Assembly: GCA_008501735.1 (NCBI GenBank) | Contig: QQUF01000033.1 | Location: forward strand, 65,727-129,726 | Direction of reading: 5' to 3' | Source: Calditrichota bacterium | GTDB taxonomy: Bacteria > CLD3 | Length of the DNA stretch: 64,000 nt | In this document: piece by piece, positions 18,567-28,378 of the stretch | How positions within the stretch are numbered: position 1 is the first letter of the stretch | How the letters are laid out: every line of letters starts with the position of its first letter | The notes under the pieces: model-generated | Told to the model about the DNA's origin: nothing | What the model saw: only the letters and a program-made list of their open reading frames with translations | Databases searched by the model: none | Program-made: the position numbers and the translations under genes

Positions 18567-21500
18567 ATGTTTGACGAATTAGACGAGTTATTTGAAGAAA
18601 TCTCGAACCAAGCAAAAACCGAAACCTTAAAGCTCAAAGAAGGCGAAAGGCGTTTCGTTTCAGTCCTTTTCGCCGATATTTCCAACTTTACTGAATTAGC
18701 CGAAAATTTGGACGGCGAACAAATCCAAACATTAATTGACAAACTTATGAAAGCCTTTAGCCTTTGTGTAAAAAATCACGGAGGTTATATCGACAAGTAC
18801 GAAGGCGATAAATTAATGGCACTTTTTGGTGCAATCGAAGCAAGTGAGAATGACACTGAAAAGGCAATTTTTTCAGCTCTTGATATTTTTGAGAAACTCA
18901 AGGAATTCAACCAAATTGTAAAAAAGATTCCATTCTTAGCAAATTTTGATGTGAACTTTTGTGTAAGAGTTGGAATCAATTCTGGCTTAGTTGCAACAGG
19001 GAAAGTCGGTGAAGGAAGAGAAAAAGACTTCACCGTTTATGGAGATGCGGTTAATCTTGCTTCAAGAATGGAATCAAATGCTCCTTTAAATTCAATAATG
19101 ATTCCTGAAAACACTAAGAAAATTGTCGAAAATATCTTTGAATTTGAAGACAAAGGAATTCTCAAAGTAAAAGGTAAAAAAGAGCCTGTTAAAGTATTTT
19201 TAGTAAAAAAACCAACACATAAAACCGTATCAAATTGGAGTAAAAAGAATACGATTTTTGTTGGACGAGAAACAGAAATGAAATTCTTATCTGAGAAGTT
19301 TACAAATTCTCTAACTCTCTTGAAAAATGAATCAAATTTTTCAAAAACTTCGGTAATTGGAATTAATGGAAATGCTGGAGTAGGGAAATCAAGACTTGTT
19401 TACGAATTTTTGAAGAAATCACTTTCAAACTTAAAACACGAAAATATTTCACTCAAAGGAATTTGCTCAAGCGTAACTCCAAATCCTTACAATTTATTTA
19501 TCAGTTTAATTCAAAAGGCTTTTGCAATTTCTCACTTTGATTCAAGCGAAGAAATTTCTCAAAAATTGCAATCTAATTTTCAAATTTTAAGTTCGTTTTT
19601 AGAAAATTCTGAAAATGAGAATTTAAATTCTTCTTTACCAATTATCACTTTCTTACTCGGTTGCAAAGTTGAAGATTCGCGATTAAAAGCAAAGGGAAAA
19701 AATTTACAACTACACTTCCAAACTGCAATAAAATCTGTTTTTGAAGCTTTTTCAGTAAGGGCAAATAAATTGGGATTTCCACTTTTGATAACTTTAGAAG
19801 ATTTCCAACTGGTTGATATTCCTTCACTTGCAACTTTAGAATTTTTACTTCACACAATAAATCTGCAAGAAAAACGCTCAGGCGGTCTAAAAAAACAAAT
19901 GATGTTTCTGTTAGTTTTTAGAGATGAATTCAAAATTTCAAATCAAATATTGACAAATTCTAAATTTGAGGAGTTAAAACTTAACAAACTTGACGAAAAC
20001 TCAACTTATGAATTAATTAAGCACGAGACTAAAAACTTGAAAATTGAGCCAAAAATTGAGCAACTCATTTTAGAAAAGTCTTTTGGAAACCCCTTTTTTA
20101 TTGAAGAATGGATTGGATTAATTCAAGAGCAAAAAATTAACGATTTAAAAGAAGTTACAATTCCTCACAACTTGAATTCAATCATTCTTTCAAGAATTGA
20201 TAAACTTGAAAATGATTTAAAAATGCTCCTTCAAAAGGCTTCTGTCATTGGAAAGGAATTTTACTTGGCAATTTTGGAAGACACTGAGAAACGTTTTGGA
20301 AATAATGAAAAACTGAATAGCTACTTAAGTATTTTAGAAGAAAAAGACTTTATTTACAAAATTCCAAATGAAAACAATTTCTATTCCTTCAAGCATTCTT
20401 TAATCCACGAAGTCGCTTATAATACACTTTTAAAATCAAACCGTGTAGTTTTACACAACACTGTTGGTGAAGTTCTTGAAAATAAATTTCAGAATAATTT
20501 GGAAGACAATTCTTACGACTTGGCAAAGCATTTCGGCAATTCGGAAAATAACGAAAAAGCCATTAAATTTTTGAAAATGGCAAGTGCAAAAGCTAAAGCA
20601 AATTTTGATAACGACCAAGCCATTGAGTTTTTTGATAAACTTCTACTTAGATTTAAAAATAATACTCTTGATAAAATTAAAACTTTAATAAAGAAAGGAG
20701 ACGTTTGTCTTTTAATTGGAAGGAGTGAGGAATCTGAAAAACTTTATTTTCAAGCATTAAAACTTTCAGAGGGACTAAAGAACCAAAAACAAATTGCAAA
20801 TTGTAACAGAGTTTTGGGAGCATTCTACACTTTTAGAAATGACTTTCAAAAAGTAGAAAAACACTCTCAGATAGCATTGGAAATCTTTACTGCCTTAAAT
20901 GATAAAAGAGGAATTTCCACCTCACTTGGAAATATTGGAATCGCAGCTTTCTACAATCAAGAATTTGAAAAAGCAATGAAGTTTCATAAATCAGCATTGA
21001 AGATTTTTGAAGAATTAAAAGACAGTGTTGGAATTTCTAAAGCCTACGGAAATATTGGTTCAGTTTATCTAAATTTGCGGAACTTTGATTATGCTATGAA
21101 ATTCTATCATAGAAGAAGAATTCTTTGCGAAAAATTGGATGATAAACGAGGATTGGCTTCTGCTCTTGGAGATTTAGGAGTAGTTTATGATAACCAAAAC
21201 ATTCATACAAAAGCAATGGAATGTTATAAAAAGCAATTAAATTTGTGTGAAGAAATGAACGACAAAGAAGGAATCTGGTTAGCTTATCTGAATATGGGAG
21301 TTGCTTATACTAAAATTGGCGAGTATGAAAAGGCAATCGAATCTCACCAAAGTCAAATCCAAATTTGCCAAGAAATCGGCAACCAAAGAGGACTTGCTCT
21401 TGGCTACGGAAATATGGCAATGAGTCTTGTAAAAGAGAATAATTTTGAAGAAGCTCAAAAATCATTTAACAAAGCCATTGAGATCTCAGAAAAATTTTTA

Positions 21501-21911
21501 TTCAAAACAGCCTTAGCTGTTTTTGGTATTGAAAAAGCATTTCTTTGTTTTAGGCAAAATAATTTTGAAGAAGCAAAAACATTAAACAATAAATTTTTGA
21601 AAGTTGCCAAAGAAGTTCCGTACCAAGAATATATTTTCATTGGGGAAGTTCTAGACAAGAAATTAAAATCAAAGACTGGAAATAAATCAAACATCATTTC
21701 AAGTTTTAAAAAAATGTTAGAAAACTCTTCAAGTGATTCTGAAAAGGCAGTTTTAAATTCAGAAATTGCAAATTTATTAGAGCCAAATGAAGCAAAACCT
21801 TTTTTTAAAAATGCTTTAGAAATTTACCAATCTCTTTGGGAAAAAAACCTCATTTACGATTATAAAAAGCAAATAGAGTTACTGAAATCAAAAATTAAAG
21901 AAATAGAATAG
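18567..21911 (+). CDS. Class III adenylate/guanylate cyclase - AAA ATPase - TPR (STAND-type) protein
   Basis: VLFADISNFT, KYEGDKLMALFG, VRVGINSG, VYGDAVNLASRME; Walker A GNAGVGKS; GNPFFIEE; FKHSLIHEVAY; C-terminal TPR array. Confidence 0.92.
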   Translation: MFDELDELFEEISNQAKTETLKLKEGERRFVSVLFADISNFTELAENLDGEQIQTLIDKLMKAFSLCVKNHGGYIDKYEGDKLMALFGAIEASENDTEKAIFSALDIFEKLKEFNQIVKKIPFLANFDVNFCVRVGINSGLVATGKVGEGREKDFTVYGDAVNLASRMESNAPLNSIMIPENTKKIVENIFEFEDKGILKVKGKKEPVKVFLVKKPTHKTVSNWSKKNTIFVGRETEMKFLSEKFTNSLTLLKNESNFSKTSVIGINGNAGVGKSRLVYEFLKKSLSNLKHENISLKGICSSVTPNPYNLFISLIQKAFAISHFDSSEEISQKLQSNFQILSSFLENSENENLNSSLPIITFLLGCKVEDSRLKAKGKNLQLHFQTAIKSVFEAFSVRANKLGFPLLITLEDFQLVDIPSLATLEFLLHTINLQEKRSGGLKKQMMFLLVFRDEFKISNQILTNSKFEELKLNKLDENSTYELIKHETKNLKIEPKIEQLILEKSFGNPFFIEEWIGLIQEQKINDLKEVTIPHNLNSIILSRIDKLENDLKMLLQKASVIGKEFYLAILEDTEKRFGNNEKLNSYLSILEEKDFIYKIPNENNFYSFKHSLIHEVAYNTLLKSNRVVLHNTVGEVLENKFQNNLEDNSYDLAKHFGNSENNEKAIKFLKMASAKAKANFDNDQAIEFFDKLLLRFKNNTLDKIKTLIKKGDVCLLIGRSEESEKLYFQALKLSEGLKNQKQIANCNRVLGAFYTFRNDFQKVEKHSQIALEIFTALNDKRGISTSLGNIGIAAFYNQEFEKAMKFHKSALKIFEELKDSVGISKAYGNIGSVYLNLRNFDYAMKFYHRRRILCEKLDDKRGLASALGDLGVVYDNQNIHTKAMECYKKQLNLCEEMNDKEGIWLAYLNMGVAYTKIGEYEKAIESHQSQIQICQEIGNQRGLALGYGNMAMSLVKENNFEEAQKSFNKAIEISEKFLFKTALAVFGIEKAFLCFRQNNFEEAKTLNNKFLKVAKEVPYQEYIFIGEVLDKKLKSKTGNKSNIISSFKKMLENSSSDSEKAVLNSEIANLLEPNEAKPFFKNALEIYQSLWEKNLIYDYKKQIELLKSKIKEIE

Positions 21912-21958
21912 TAACTTGCTTAAAAGTTCTCAAATCTCAAATTTTTATTAACTTTACC

Positions 21959-22005
21959 ATTCTTAATTCTTAATTCTTAATTCTTAATTCTTAATTCTTA
22001 ATTCT
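21959..22005. repeat. Perfect heptanucleotide tandem repeat (TTCTTAA)x6 plus a partial unit, abutting the tex start codon
   Basis: Read directly: TTCTTAA units from 21960 to 22001, then TTCT, then ATG at 22006. Confidence 0.95.
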
Positions 22006-24159
22006 ATGAAAAATATTGCACAACAAATTTCGACAGATTTAAATCTCAACTTTTCATTTGTAAGAAATGCTTTGAACTTGTTTGAAGAAGGTTCAACAGT
22101 ACCATTCATCGCTCGTTACCGAAAGGAAAAAACAGGAAGTTTGAACGAAATCCAACTTCGAGAAATTTTCGAAAAATTCACTTACTACACTGAACTCGAA
22201 AATCGTAAACAAACAATTCTTCAAACGATTTCTGAACAAGGAAAACTCACTGACGAACTTAAAACCAAAATTGAAAGTTCCTTGTTAAAAAATGAACTCG
22301 AAGACCTTTACTTACCTTTTAAACCCAAACGAAGAACTCGTGCGACAATTGCTAAAGAAAATGGTTTAGAGCCTTTTGCAGAGTTTATCAAATCACAAAA
22401 CGTCCACTCTTCGCCAAAAGTAAACTTAGTTTCAGAAGCAAAAAAATACTTGAGCAAAAATATCGAAACTCCAGAAGATGCAATTATCGGAGCGTCAGAT
22501 ATTTTGGCAGAAGAAATTTCAGAAATCATTGAACTTCGTTCGTTTGTACGAGATGAATTTTGGAAAAACGGTTTTCTTGTTTCAAAAAAGAAAGGCAAAT
22601 TTGAAGGAGAACAAACAAAATTTGACTCTTACAAAAGCTACAAATCAAAATTAGGTTTCATCGCTCCACACTCTTTCTTAGCAATTTTGCGTGGAGAAGA
22701 AGAAGGCTTCTTAAGTGTAAAAATTGAAGTTGACGAAAATAAAATTCTTGACCATTTTGACCGAAAATTGATTTTTTCAAAAGACAAGGAACTTTACGAT
22801 TTTTATCAAAAAACAAATTATGAAAGTTTTGACAGGCTTTTCAGAAATTCAATTTCTTCTGAAATCCGCCAAATGAAAAAGGAGTTTTCGGACAAAGAAT
22901 CAATCCTAAATTTTGGTAAAAACCTTAGAGATTTACTTCTTTCAAGTCCAGCAGGGATGAAAACAACAATCGGAATTGACCCAGGATTTCGGACAGGTTG
23001 TAAAGTTGTAGTTATTGACTCAACAGGGAAATTTTTGGAATACCAAAATATTTTTCCGCACACTTCAAGACTTAGTGAAAGTGCAGTTGCTTACGACACT
23101 TTGTGTGAATTAATTGAAAAACACGAAGCGAAATTAATCGCAATTGGAAACGGCACAGCAAGTCGAGAAACTGATAAATTTGTTACAGAAGTCCTTGAAG
23201 AATTTGAGGAGAAGCCAATAAAAGTTACCGTAAGCGAAAGTGGAGCTTCAATTTACTCTGCAAGCGAAGTCGCAATTGAAGAATTCCCAAACTTGGATTT
23301 GACGGTTCGAGGAGCAATTTCAATCGCAAGACGTTTGCAAGACCCTTTAGCAGAACTCGTGAAAATTGACCCAAAATCCATTGGAGTTGGTCAGTACCAA
23401 CACGATGTTGACCAAAAACTTTTAAAAACAAAATTAGACGAAACTGTTGAAAGTTGTGTGAATTTTGTTGGAGTTGACTTAAACACAGCTTCTAAAGAGC
23501 TACTGAGTTTTGTCTCTGGAATTAATAAAAGTGTTGCTCTTAACATCGTGAATTTTAGAAACCAAAACGGAGCTTTTCAGACAAGAGAAGAATTGAAAAA
23601 GATTCCACGTTTTGGAGCAAAAGCATTTGAACAAGCGTCAGGATTTTTGCGAATCAGAAACGGTGAAAATCCATTAGACAACACGGCAGTTCACCCCGAA
23701 AGCTACTTTTTAGTGGAAAATATTGCCAAAGATTTAAAACTTCCTCTAAAATCAATTACTCAAAATCCTGCAAAGCTAAAAGATTTAGACATCAAAAAAT
23801 ACGTTACTGAAGAAATCGGTGAACCGACTTTGGTTGACATTTTGGAAGAGTTACAAAAACCTGGAAGAGACCCAAGAGAAGAATTTAGTTACGCAAAATT
23901 CGACGACAAAATCAATGAAATTTCTGACTTAAGTGTTGGAATGATTTTGGAAGGAATCGTTACGAACGTTACAAATTTTGGAGCATTCGTTGACATTGGA
24001 GTTCACCAAGACGGTTTGGTTCACGTTTCGCAACTCGCAAACAAATTTGTAAAAGACCCAACTCAAATCGTGAAAGTTGGACAAATCGTGAAAGTAAAAG
24101 TTACAGAAGTGAATGAAAAATTAAAACGAATCCAACTCTCAATGAAAGCAGTATCTTGA
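22006..24159 (+). CDS. tex: Tex family RNA-binding transcriptional accessory protein (YqgF, HhH, S1)
   Basis: VPFIARYRKEKTG, GIDPGFRTGCK, IGNGTASRET, SIARRLQDPLAELVKIDPKSIGVGQYQHDV, S1 domain GAFVDIGVHQDGLVHVS. Confidence 0.97.
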   Translation: MKNIAQQISTDLNLNFSFVRNALNLFEEGSTVPFIARYRKEKTGSLNEIQLREIFEKFTYYTELENRKQTILQTISEQGKLTDELKTKIESSLLKNELEDLYLPFKPKRRTRATIAKENGLEPFAEFIKSQNVHSSPKVNLVSEAKKYLSKNIETPEDAIIGASDILAEEISEIIELRSFVRDEFWKNGFLVSKKKGKFEGEQTKFDSYKSYKSKLGFIAPHSFLAILRGEEEGFLSVKIEVDENKILDHFDRKLIFSKDKELYDFYQKTNYESFDRLFRNSISSEIRQMKKEFSDKESILNFGKNLRDLLLSSPAGMKTTIGIDPGFRTGCKVVVIDSTGKFLEYQNIFPHTSRLSESAVAYDTLCELIEKHEAKLIAIGNGTASRETDKFVTEVLEEFEEKPIKVTVSESGASIYSASEVAIEEFPNLDLTVRGAISIARRLQDPLAELVKIDPKSIGVGQYQHDVDQKLLKTKLDETVESCVNFVGVDLNTASKELLSFVSGINKSVALNIVNFRNQNGAFQTREELKKIPRFGAKAFEQASGFLRIRNGENPLDNTAVHPESYFLVENIAKDLKLPLKSITQNPAKLKDLDIKKYVTEEIGEPTLVDILEELQKPGRDPREEFSYAKFDDKINEISDLSVGMILEGIVTNVTNFGAFVDIGVHQDGLVHVSQLANKFVKDPTQIVKVGQIVKVKVTEVNEKLKRIQLSMKAVS

Positions 24160-24348
24160 GATTCTGACTCTAAGTCAGGTTCTCAATTCTAAATCTATAA
24201 CTGAGAGCCTCATTTTGAATGAGACACTCAGAAAATTAAATTTGAAAATGTATCTTGAGATTCTGACTCTAAGTCAGGTTCTCAATTCTAAATCTAAAAC
24301 TGAGAGCCTCATTTTGAATGAGACACTCAGAAAATTAAATTTGAAAAT
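24151..24348. repeat. Tandem 99-bp duplication; each unit carries an inverted pair of 31-bp REP palindromes of the RAYT-associated family (BIME/REPIN-like)
   Basis: Units 24151-24249 and 24250-24348 differ at one base; palindromes at 24156-24186, 24201-24231, 24255-24285, 24300-24330 match the REPs flanking the RAYT at 50.7-51.5 kb. Confidence 0.9.
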
Positions 24349-24353
24349 GAACT

Positions 24354-25475
24354 ATGAAATTATTATTAGCATTAATCTTATTCTTCGCAGCTTTTGCCAA
24401 CTCTCAAGCACAAAATAAACTTGGAATTTGGCTTTGGTTTATTGAAGGAACTGGTTTTACTCATTCCGAACTTGCAGACACTTTAGCAACAATTGGAGTC
24501 AAAAGAATTTACGTAAAAGTAGCTGATGGAAGTTTAAACACAACAACTTGGCCCGAAGTCGCAGACACAACATTAGTCCAAACTTACAAAAATGCAGGTT
24601 TGGAAGTTTGGGCTTGGTCTTACAACTACGACAATAATTACAACGCTCAAGCAAACGCTCTTACTCTTGCCGCTCAAACAGGTTACGAAGGTTACGTCGT
24701 TGACATTGAAACCGAATTCAACAACAAAACAACTGAATTGCACAGCCTTTTCAGCGAGTTTGAAAGTGCCAAAAACAGTGTCATCGCAAATGGAACTGCA
24801 AACTCAGATTTCAAACTTTACTGCACAACTTGGGGAAATCCGATTACTCACAATATGCACATCGAAATTATTGACCAATACGTTGATGGACATATGCCAC
24901 AAACTTATGTTGAAAAATGGGGAATTTTTGCTTACCAAAATGTTGTTTACACAGTGAATCAAGGCACTTTAGAATACCAAAGTTTTGGAATCCAAAATCC
25001 TGTTCACCACTTGGTTAGTGCAGAATTAAACGTGATTACTGCAACAAAGATTGATTCATTTTTTATGGCTTCTGGTTCTGAATCCGCACTTTGGCGAGTT
25101 CCGGGAGCTGGAACAACTTTGAACATTTGGAACACTTTAAACTCTGTAAATTGGAATGCCGATTTCTCTGTTTCGGCAAAAGAAAGAAACAACAAACCTC
25201 AAACAATTTCGCTTTCTCAAAACTATCCAAATCCTTTCAACCCTTCGACTTCAATAAACTACGAAATACAAATTACGAATTACGATTCTCCGAGATTGAG
25301 CATCTACAATGTTTTAGGCAATAAAATTAAGGATTTTACATTAAGCAAAGCTAAGGGAAGTGTTGTTTGGGACGGAAAAAATTTTGAAGGGAAACAAGTT
25401 TCAAGCGGAAAATATTTCTATGAGCTAAAAAATGGAACTGAAAGAAAAGTACGTCAAATGACTTTGATAAAATAA
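24354..25475 (+). CDS. Secreted protein with putative glycoside hydrolase-like TIM barrel and C-terminal FlgD/T9SS-type domain
   Basis: Signal peptide; GIWLW..., YVKVADG, GLEVWAWSY, GYVVDIETEF pattern; QNYPNPFNPSTSI...WDGKN..G..VSSGKYFY. Confidence 0.7.
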   Translation: MKLLLALILFFAAFANSQAQNKLGIWLWFIEGTGFTHSELADTLATIGVKRIYVKVADGSLNTTTWPEVADTTLVQTYKNAGLEVWAWSYNYDNNYNAQANALTLAAQTGYEGYVVDIETEFNNKTTELHSLFSEFESAKNSVIANGTANSDFKLYCTTWGNPITHNMHIEIIDQYVDGHMPQTYVEKWGIFAYQNVVYTVNQGTLEYQSFGIQNPVHHLVSAELNVITATKIDSFFMASGSESALWRVPGAGTTLNIWNTLNSVNWNADFSVSAKERNNKPQTISLSQNYPNPFNPSTSINYEIQITNYDSPRLSIYNVLGNKIKDFTLSKAKGSVVWDGKNFEGKQVSSGKYFYELKNGTERKVRQMTLIK

Positions 25476-25491
25476 TTTACAGCTTTACTTA

Positions 25492-25947
25492 TCAGATGGC
25501 TTTGAGCCATCTGATAAGTTCAAAACCATTTGTTTTCTTAGGTCTGTAAAAAATAAAACTCAACACAACTACCAAACCGAAAACCGAATAACAAATTGTA
25601 AAAACCCATTCAGGTGCAGAATAAAATAAAATTTTGTGAACCCAAAGTGCAACGAAACTTGTTGCTTCGATTTTTTCCCCAAGACTTTCACGAAGTGCAA
25701 ATTCCAAAGTTGTAAGAGGACAAGTGATTCCAAGCCAAGATTCCAAAACCACAAAAAGAATTGCAAATAAATGAGAAATTCTAAAAATTAAATTTCTCGT
25801 CCAACTCCACTTTTTTGCCCAGCCGATTAAAATTAAAACTTGCCCCAAAATTACAAAAAGAACAAATGCAAAATGAAGTATTAAAACTAAATCTGCAAGA
25901 ATTGAAGTTATTTCAGGTCTTAAATTGCTAAAACATTCTTGCAACAC
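25492..25947 (-). CDS. DUF2784 family membrane protein (start uncertain)
   Basis: LADLVLILHFAFVLFV, FRISHL, CPLTTLE..LR motifs; three hydrophobic segments. Confidence 0.8.
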   Translation of the reverse strand: MLQECFSNLRPEITSILADLVLILHFAFVLFVILGQVLILIGWAKKWSWTRNLIFRISHLFAILFVVLESWLGITCPLTTLEFALRESLGEKIEATSFVALWVHKILFYSAPEWVFTICYSVFGLVVVLSFIFYRPKKTNGFELIRWLKAI

Positions 25948-28300
25948 TAACTCCGATTCTGAAATCTTTTTTGTCTAATCTTTGTGTAAAATCAATTCTC
26001 GCGAAATCGAAAATTCCATTCAACGAAAGCCCAATTTCGTGGTGAACTCCATTTGTCAAATTTGGGGCAAAATCTAAACCTGAAAGATTTTCTTTTTTAA
26101 ACCAAGTTTTCCCGGAAGCTCCGTGAAGAATGATTCCAAGACCTTTTTTTGCAAACCAATTTAAACCGATTAGCTCGAAAGGAACTGTTCTAAAGTTATG
26201 TTCCCAAAATACTGAAACGTATTTATCGCCTTCGTAAGGATTGTCTTTCAGGGTCTTAAAAGTTCCGAACGGACTTAAAGCAACAAGAACTCCGTCAAAT
26301 GCAAAAAATCTTTGCGGTGGTAGTTTTCCTCTCGAAATTCCTGCCTGCAAACGGACATCTAAAGCGTTTGGCAAAAATCGCCTTTTTAAAAAAGTTAGGA
26401 CTCTAAAATCAGTTCTAAATTCAACTTTTGTAAAATCAAAATCACTTCCCAAAAATCCATCTTGAGAATGCTCTACTCTAACTTCAAAATTATTTTGTTC
26501 AGCAATCGGAACAAAAGTAAAATCATCTCCGAACTCAAATTTTGCTTGAACAGAACGAAGATTCCCTTCAAAAATTGAAGGGTTTTTCCTTTGAACTAAA
26601 CTTCTTCCGAATAAGTCAAAGTCAGTATTTTTTTCCAAAGAAGTGTGTTTTTCAACGTTCAAACCGACTTCAACACCAAAATCATTTTTAAATCCTAAAG
26701 CAGTAGAAAATTTCTGATTTTTGAAATAACCGAAGTAGTCTTCAAAGCCAATTAAATTTTGGACGCTGTTCAAGATTTCAGCATAATTGAAAGACTTGAA
26801 TCTCAAAACGCTACCTTGATAAAATGAATTTTTCCAAACCCATTTATTTTCTTTTCCAAATTTGTATTGGAAATCCGAACCGTAAAAACCTTCTCTTAAA
26901 CCTGTTGAGTAACCTCCGAGAACATCAATTTTTGTTTTCTTATTTTCAAACAAATCTAATTTAATTCCAAGTTTTCCCTCGTCAACTCTGTTGTAAGCAA
27001 TATTTGGGGAAATTCTATCCAAGAAATTTTTCCCGTTTTTTTCACCCCCAATAACTTTTTCGTCGTTTGCTTCGACTTCAATGTTTACCAATTTTGCTAA
27101 AGCACCTTTTGGCTTAAAGGCTTTTTGAAGCGTCAAAGTGCTATCAATTTCTTCGTAAGCAATTTGCTCTTCTTGTGTGTAAGGAATCAAATTTACGTTT
27201 TCAGCAAAAATACTATCACTTTTTGAAACAGAAACCGAATCCTCCAAAACAGTCCTGTCTTTCACAAAAAGTGTTTCAGGGATTTGAACATTCAACTCAT
27301 AATTTTTTAAACTTGAGACTTGTGAAAATTTTATTGGTGGAAGAGAAAAACCTGTGATTCCAATGTGCATTTCTCCTTTTGTTCTGAGGTCAACCGGAAG
27401 CCAATATTTTTCGCCAAAATTTCTGAATTGTTGGGTGAAAGTTAAATCAAATTTTTTAATCGGTGTTGGGAAAATTACGTATTTGCTTGGTTTGAGGCTG
27501 ACTTCAAGTAAAATAAAATCTTCGTCCAAAACTGCAAGTGTTCCTTGTAAAAGTGGCTGTAATTTTGAATTCGGAATTACTTGAATGTCGTAAACTGTTT
27601 TCCCCGCAAAACTTCTTTCGCCGATTAGCTGAAATTTGTAATAATCAAATGCCTTGGGATTCGTCGGACAAATCATATTATTTTCCATAATCTCAACGTC
27701 ATCTTCGTAGAAATTCGGAACGTTCCCAATCTCAATTGAATTTATTGAAGGGTCAATGTTATTAGTTTGTTTTTTGGATTTTATGACCTCTACACTTCCC
27801 TTTTCCTTATCCCAATTAATTTCAGAAATGACTTCAAGAATCGAAACAATCCCTTCATCATTTTCAATTACGATTCTTGAGTAAGCGTCATTTTTATAAG
27901 AAAGAATTCCTTCAAGCCTCATTTTTTTTCTTTTGATAACTTCTCTCATTATACGGTTTGCAGGATTTTCAGTTGTAATAATTACTGGTTTCACAAGAGT
28001 TTGTGTTGGTTCCAATTCTATTAAAATAAATTTTTGAGATAAATTTTTTACTTGTATTTTTTGGGATTCGTAACCAATGTAATCAATTTGCAAGGTCGCA
28101 GGAATTGAGTTTAGGACAATGAAAAATTCGCCAAATTCATTTGCGATTGAGCCATTAAAAGTTCCTTCTTCCAAAACACTTGCAGCCGTCAAAGGCAGAT
28201 TTGACTTTGAATCTACAACTTTCCCCTTTATAATATTTTTCGCAATTGAGAAATTTGGAAATGTGAAAATTAAAATTATTAACGTGATAAGTTTTTGCAT
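25928..28300 (-). CDS. Outer-membrane protein, carboxypeptidase regulatory-like domain plus DUF5686
   Basis: IKGKVVDSKSNLPL...YIGYESQ N-terminal domain; AFDYYKFQL, YWLPVD, YNRVDEG, WEHNF; terminal Phe. Confidence 0.8.
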   Translation of the reverse strand: MQKLITLIILIFTFPNFSIAKNIIKGKVVDSKSNLPLTAASVLEEGTFNGSIANEFGEFFIVLNSIPATLQIDYIGYESQKIQVKNLSQKFILIELEPTQTLVKPVIITTENPANRIMREVIKRKKMRLEGILSYKNDAYSRIVIENDEGIVSILEVISEINWDKEKGSVEVIKSKKQTNNIDPSINSIEIGNVPNFYEDDVEIMENNMICPTNPKAFDYYKFQLIGERSFAGKTVYDIQVIPNSKLQPLLQGTLAVLDEDFILLEVSLKPSKYVIFPTPIKKFDLTFTQQFRNFGEKYWLPVDLRTKGEMHIGITGFSLPPIKFSQVSSLKNYELNVQIPETLFVKDRTVLEDSVSVSKSDSIFAENVNLIPYTQEEQIAYEEIDSTLTLQKAFKPKGALAKLVNIEVEANDEKVIGGEKNGKNFLDRISPNIAYNRVDEGKLGIKLDLFENKKTKIDVLGGYSTGLREGFYGSDFQYKFGKENKWVWKNSFYQGSVLRFKSFNYAEILNSVQNLIGFEDYFGYFKNQKFSTALGFKNDFGVEVGLNVEKHTSLEKNTDFDLFGRSLVQRKNPSIFEGNLRSVQAKFEFGDDFTFVPIAEQNNFEVRVEHSQDGFLGSDFDFTKVEFRTDFRVLTFLKRRFLPNALDVRLQAGISRGKLPPQRFFAFDGVLVALSPFGTFKTLKDNPYEGDKYVSVFWEHNFRTVPFELIGLNWFAKKGLGIILHGASGKTWFKKENLSGLDFAPNLTNGVHHEIGLSLNGIFDFARIDFTQRLDKKDFRIGVSVARMF

Positions 28301-28378
28301 TAAAAGTGAATCCTTGTTAAAATATTTTCGAGACTACGAGAAAAATAAAAAATAAGTTCAAACATTTTGGAACTAAAA

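Noticed and set aside
24151..24348. Possible mini-CRISPR array
   Set aside because: The 'spacers' are duplicated along with the repeats, palindromes alternate in orientation, no cas genes are present, and the units match RAYT-flanking REPs
24215..24418. 67-aa ORF from the track
   Set aside because: It merely translates the 99-bp duplication and overlaps the real gene starting at 24354
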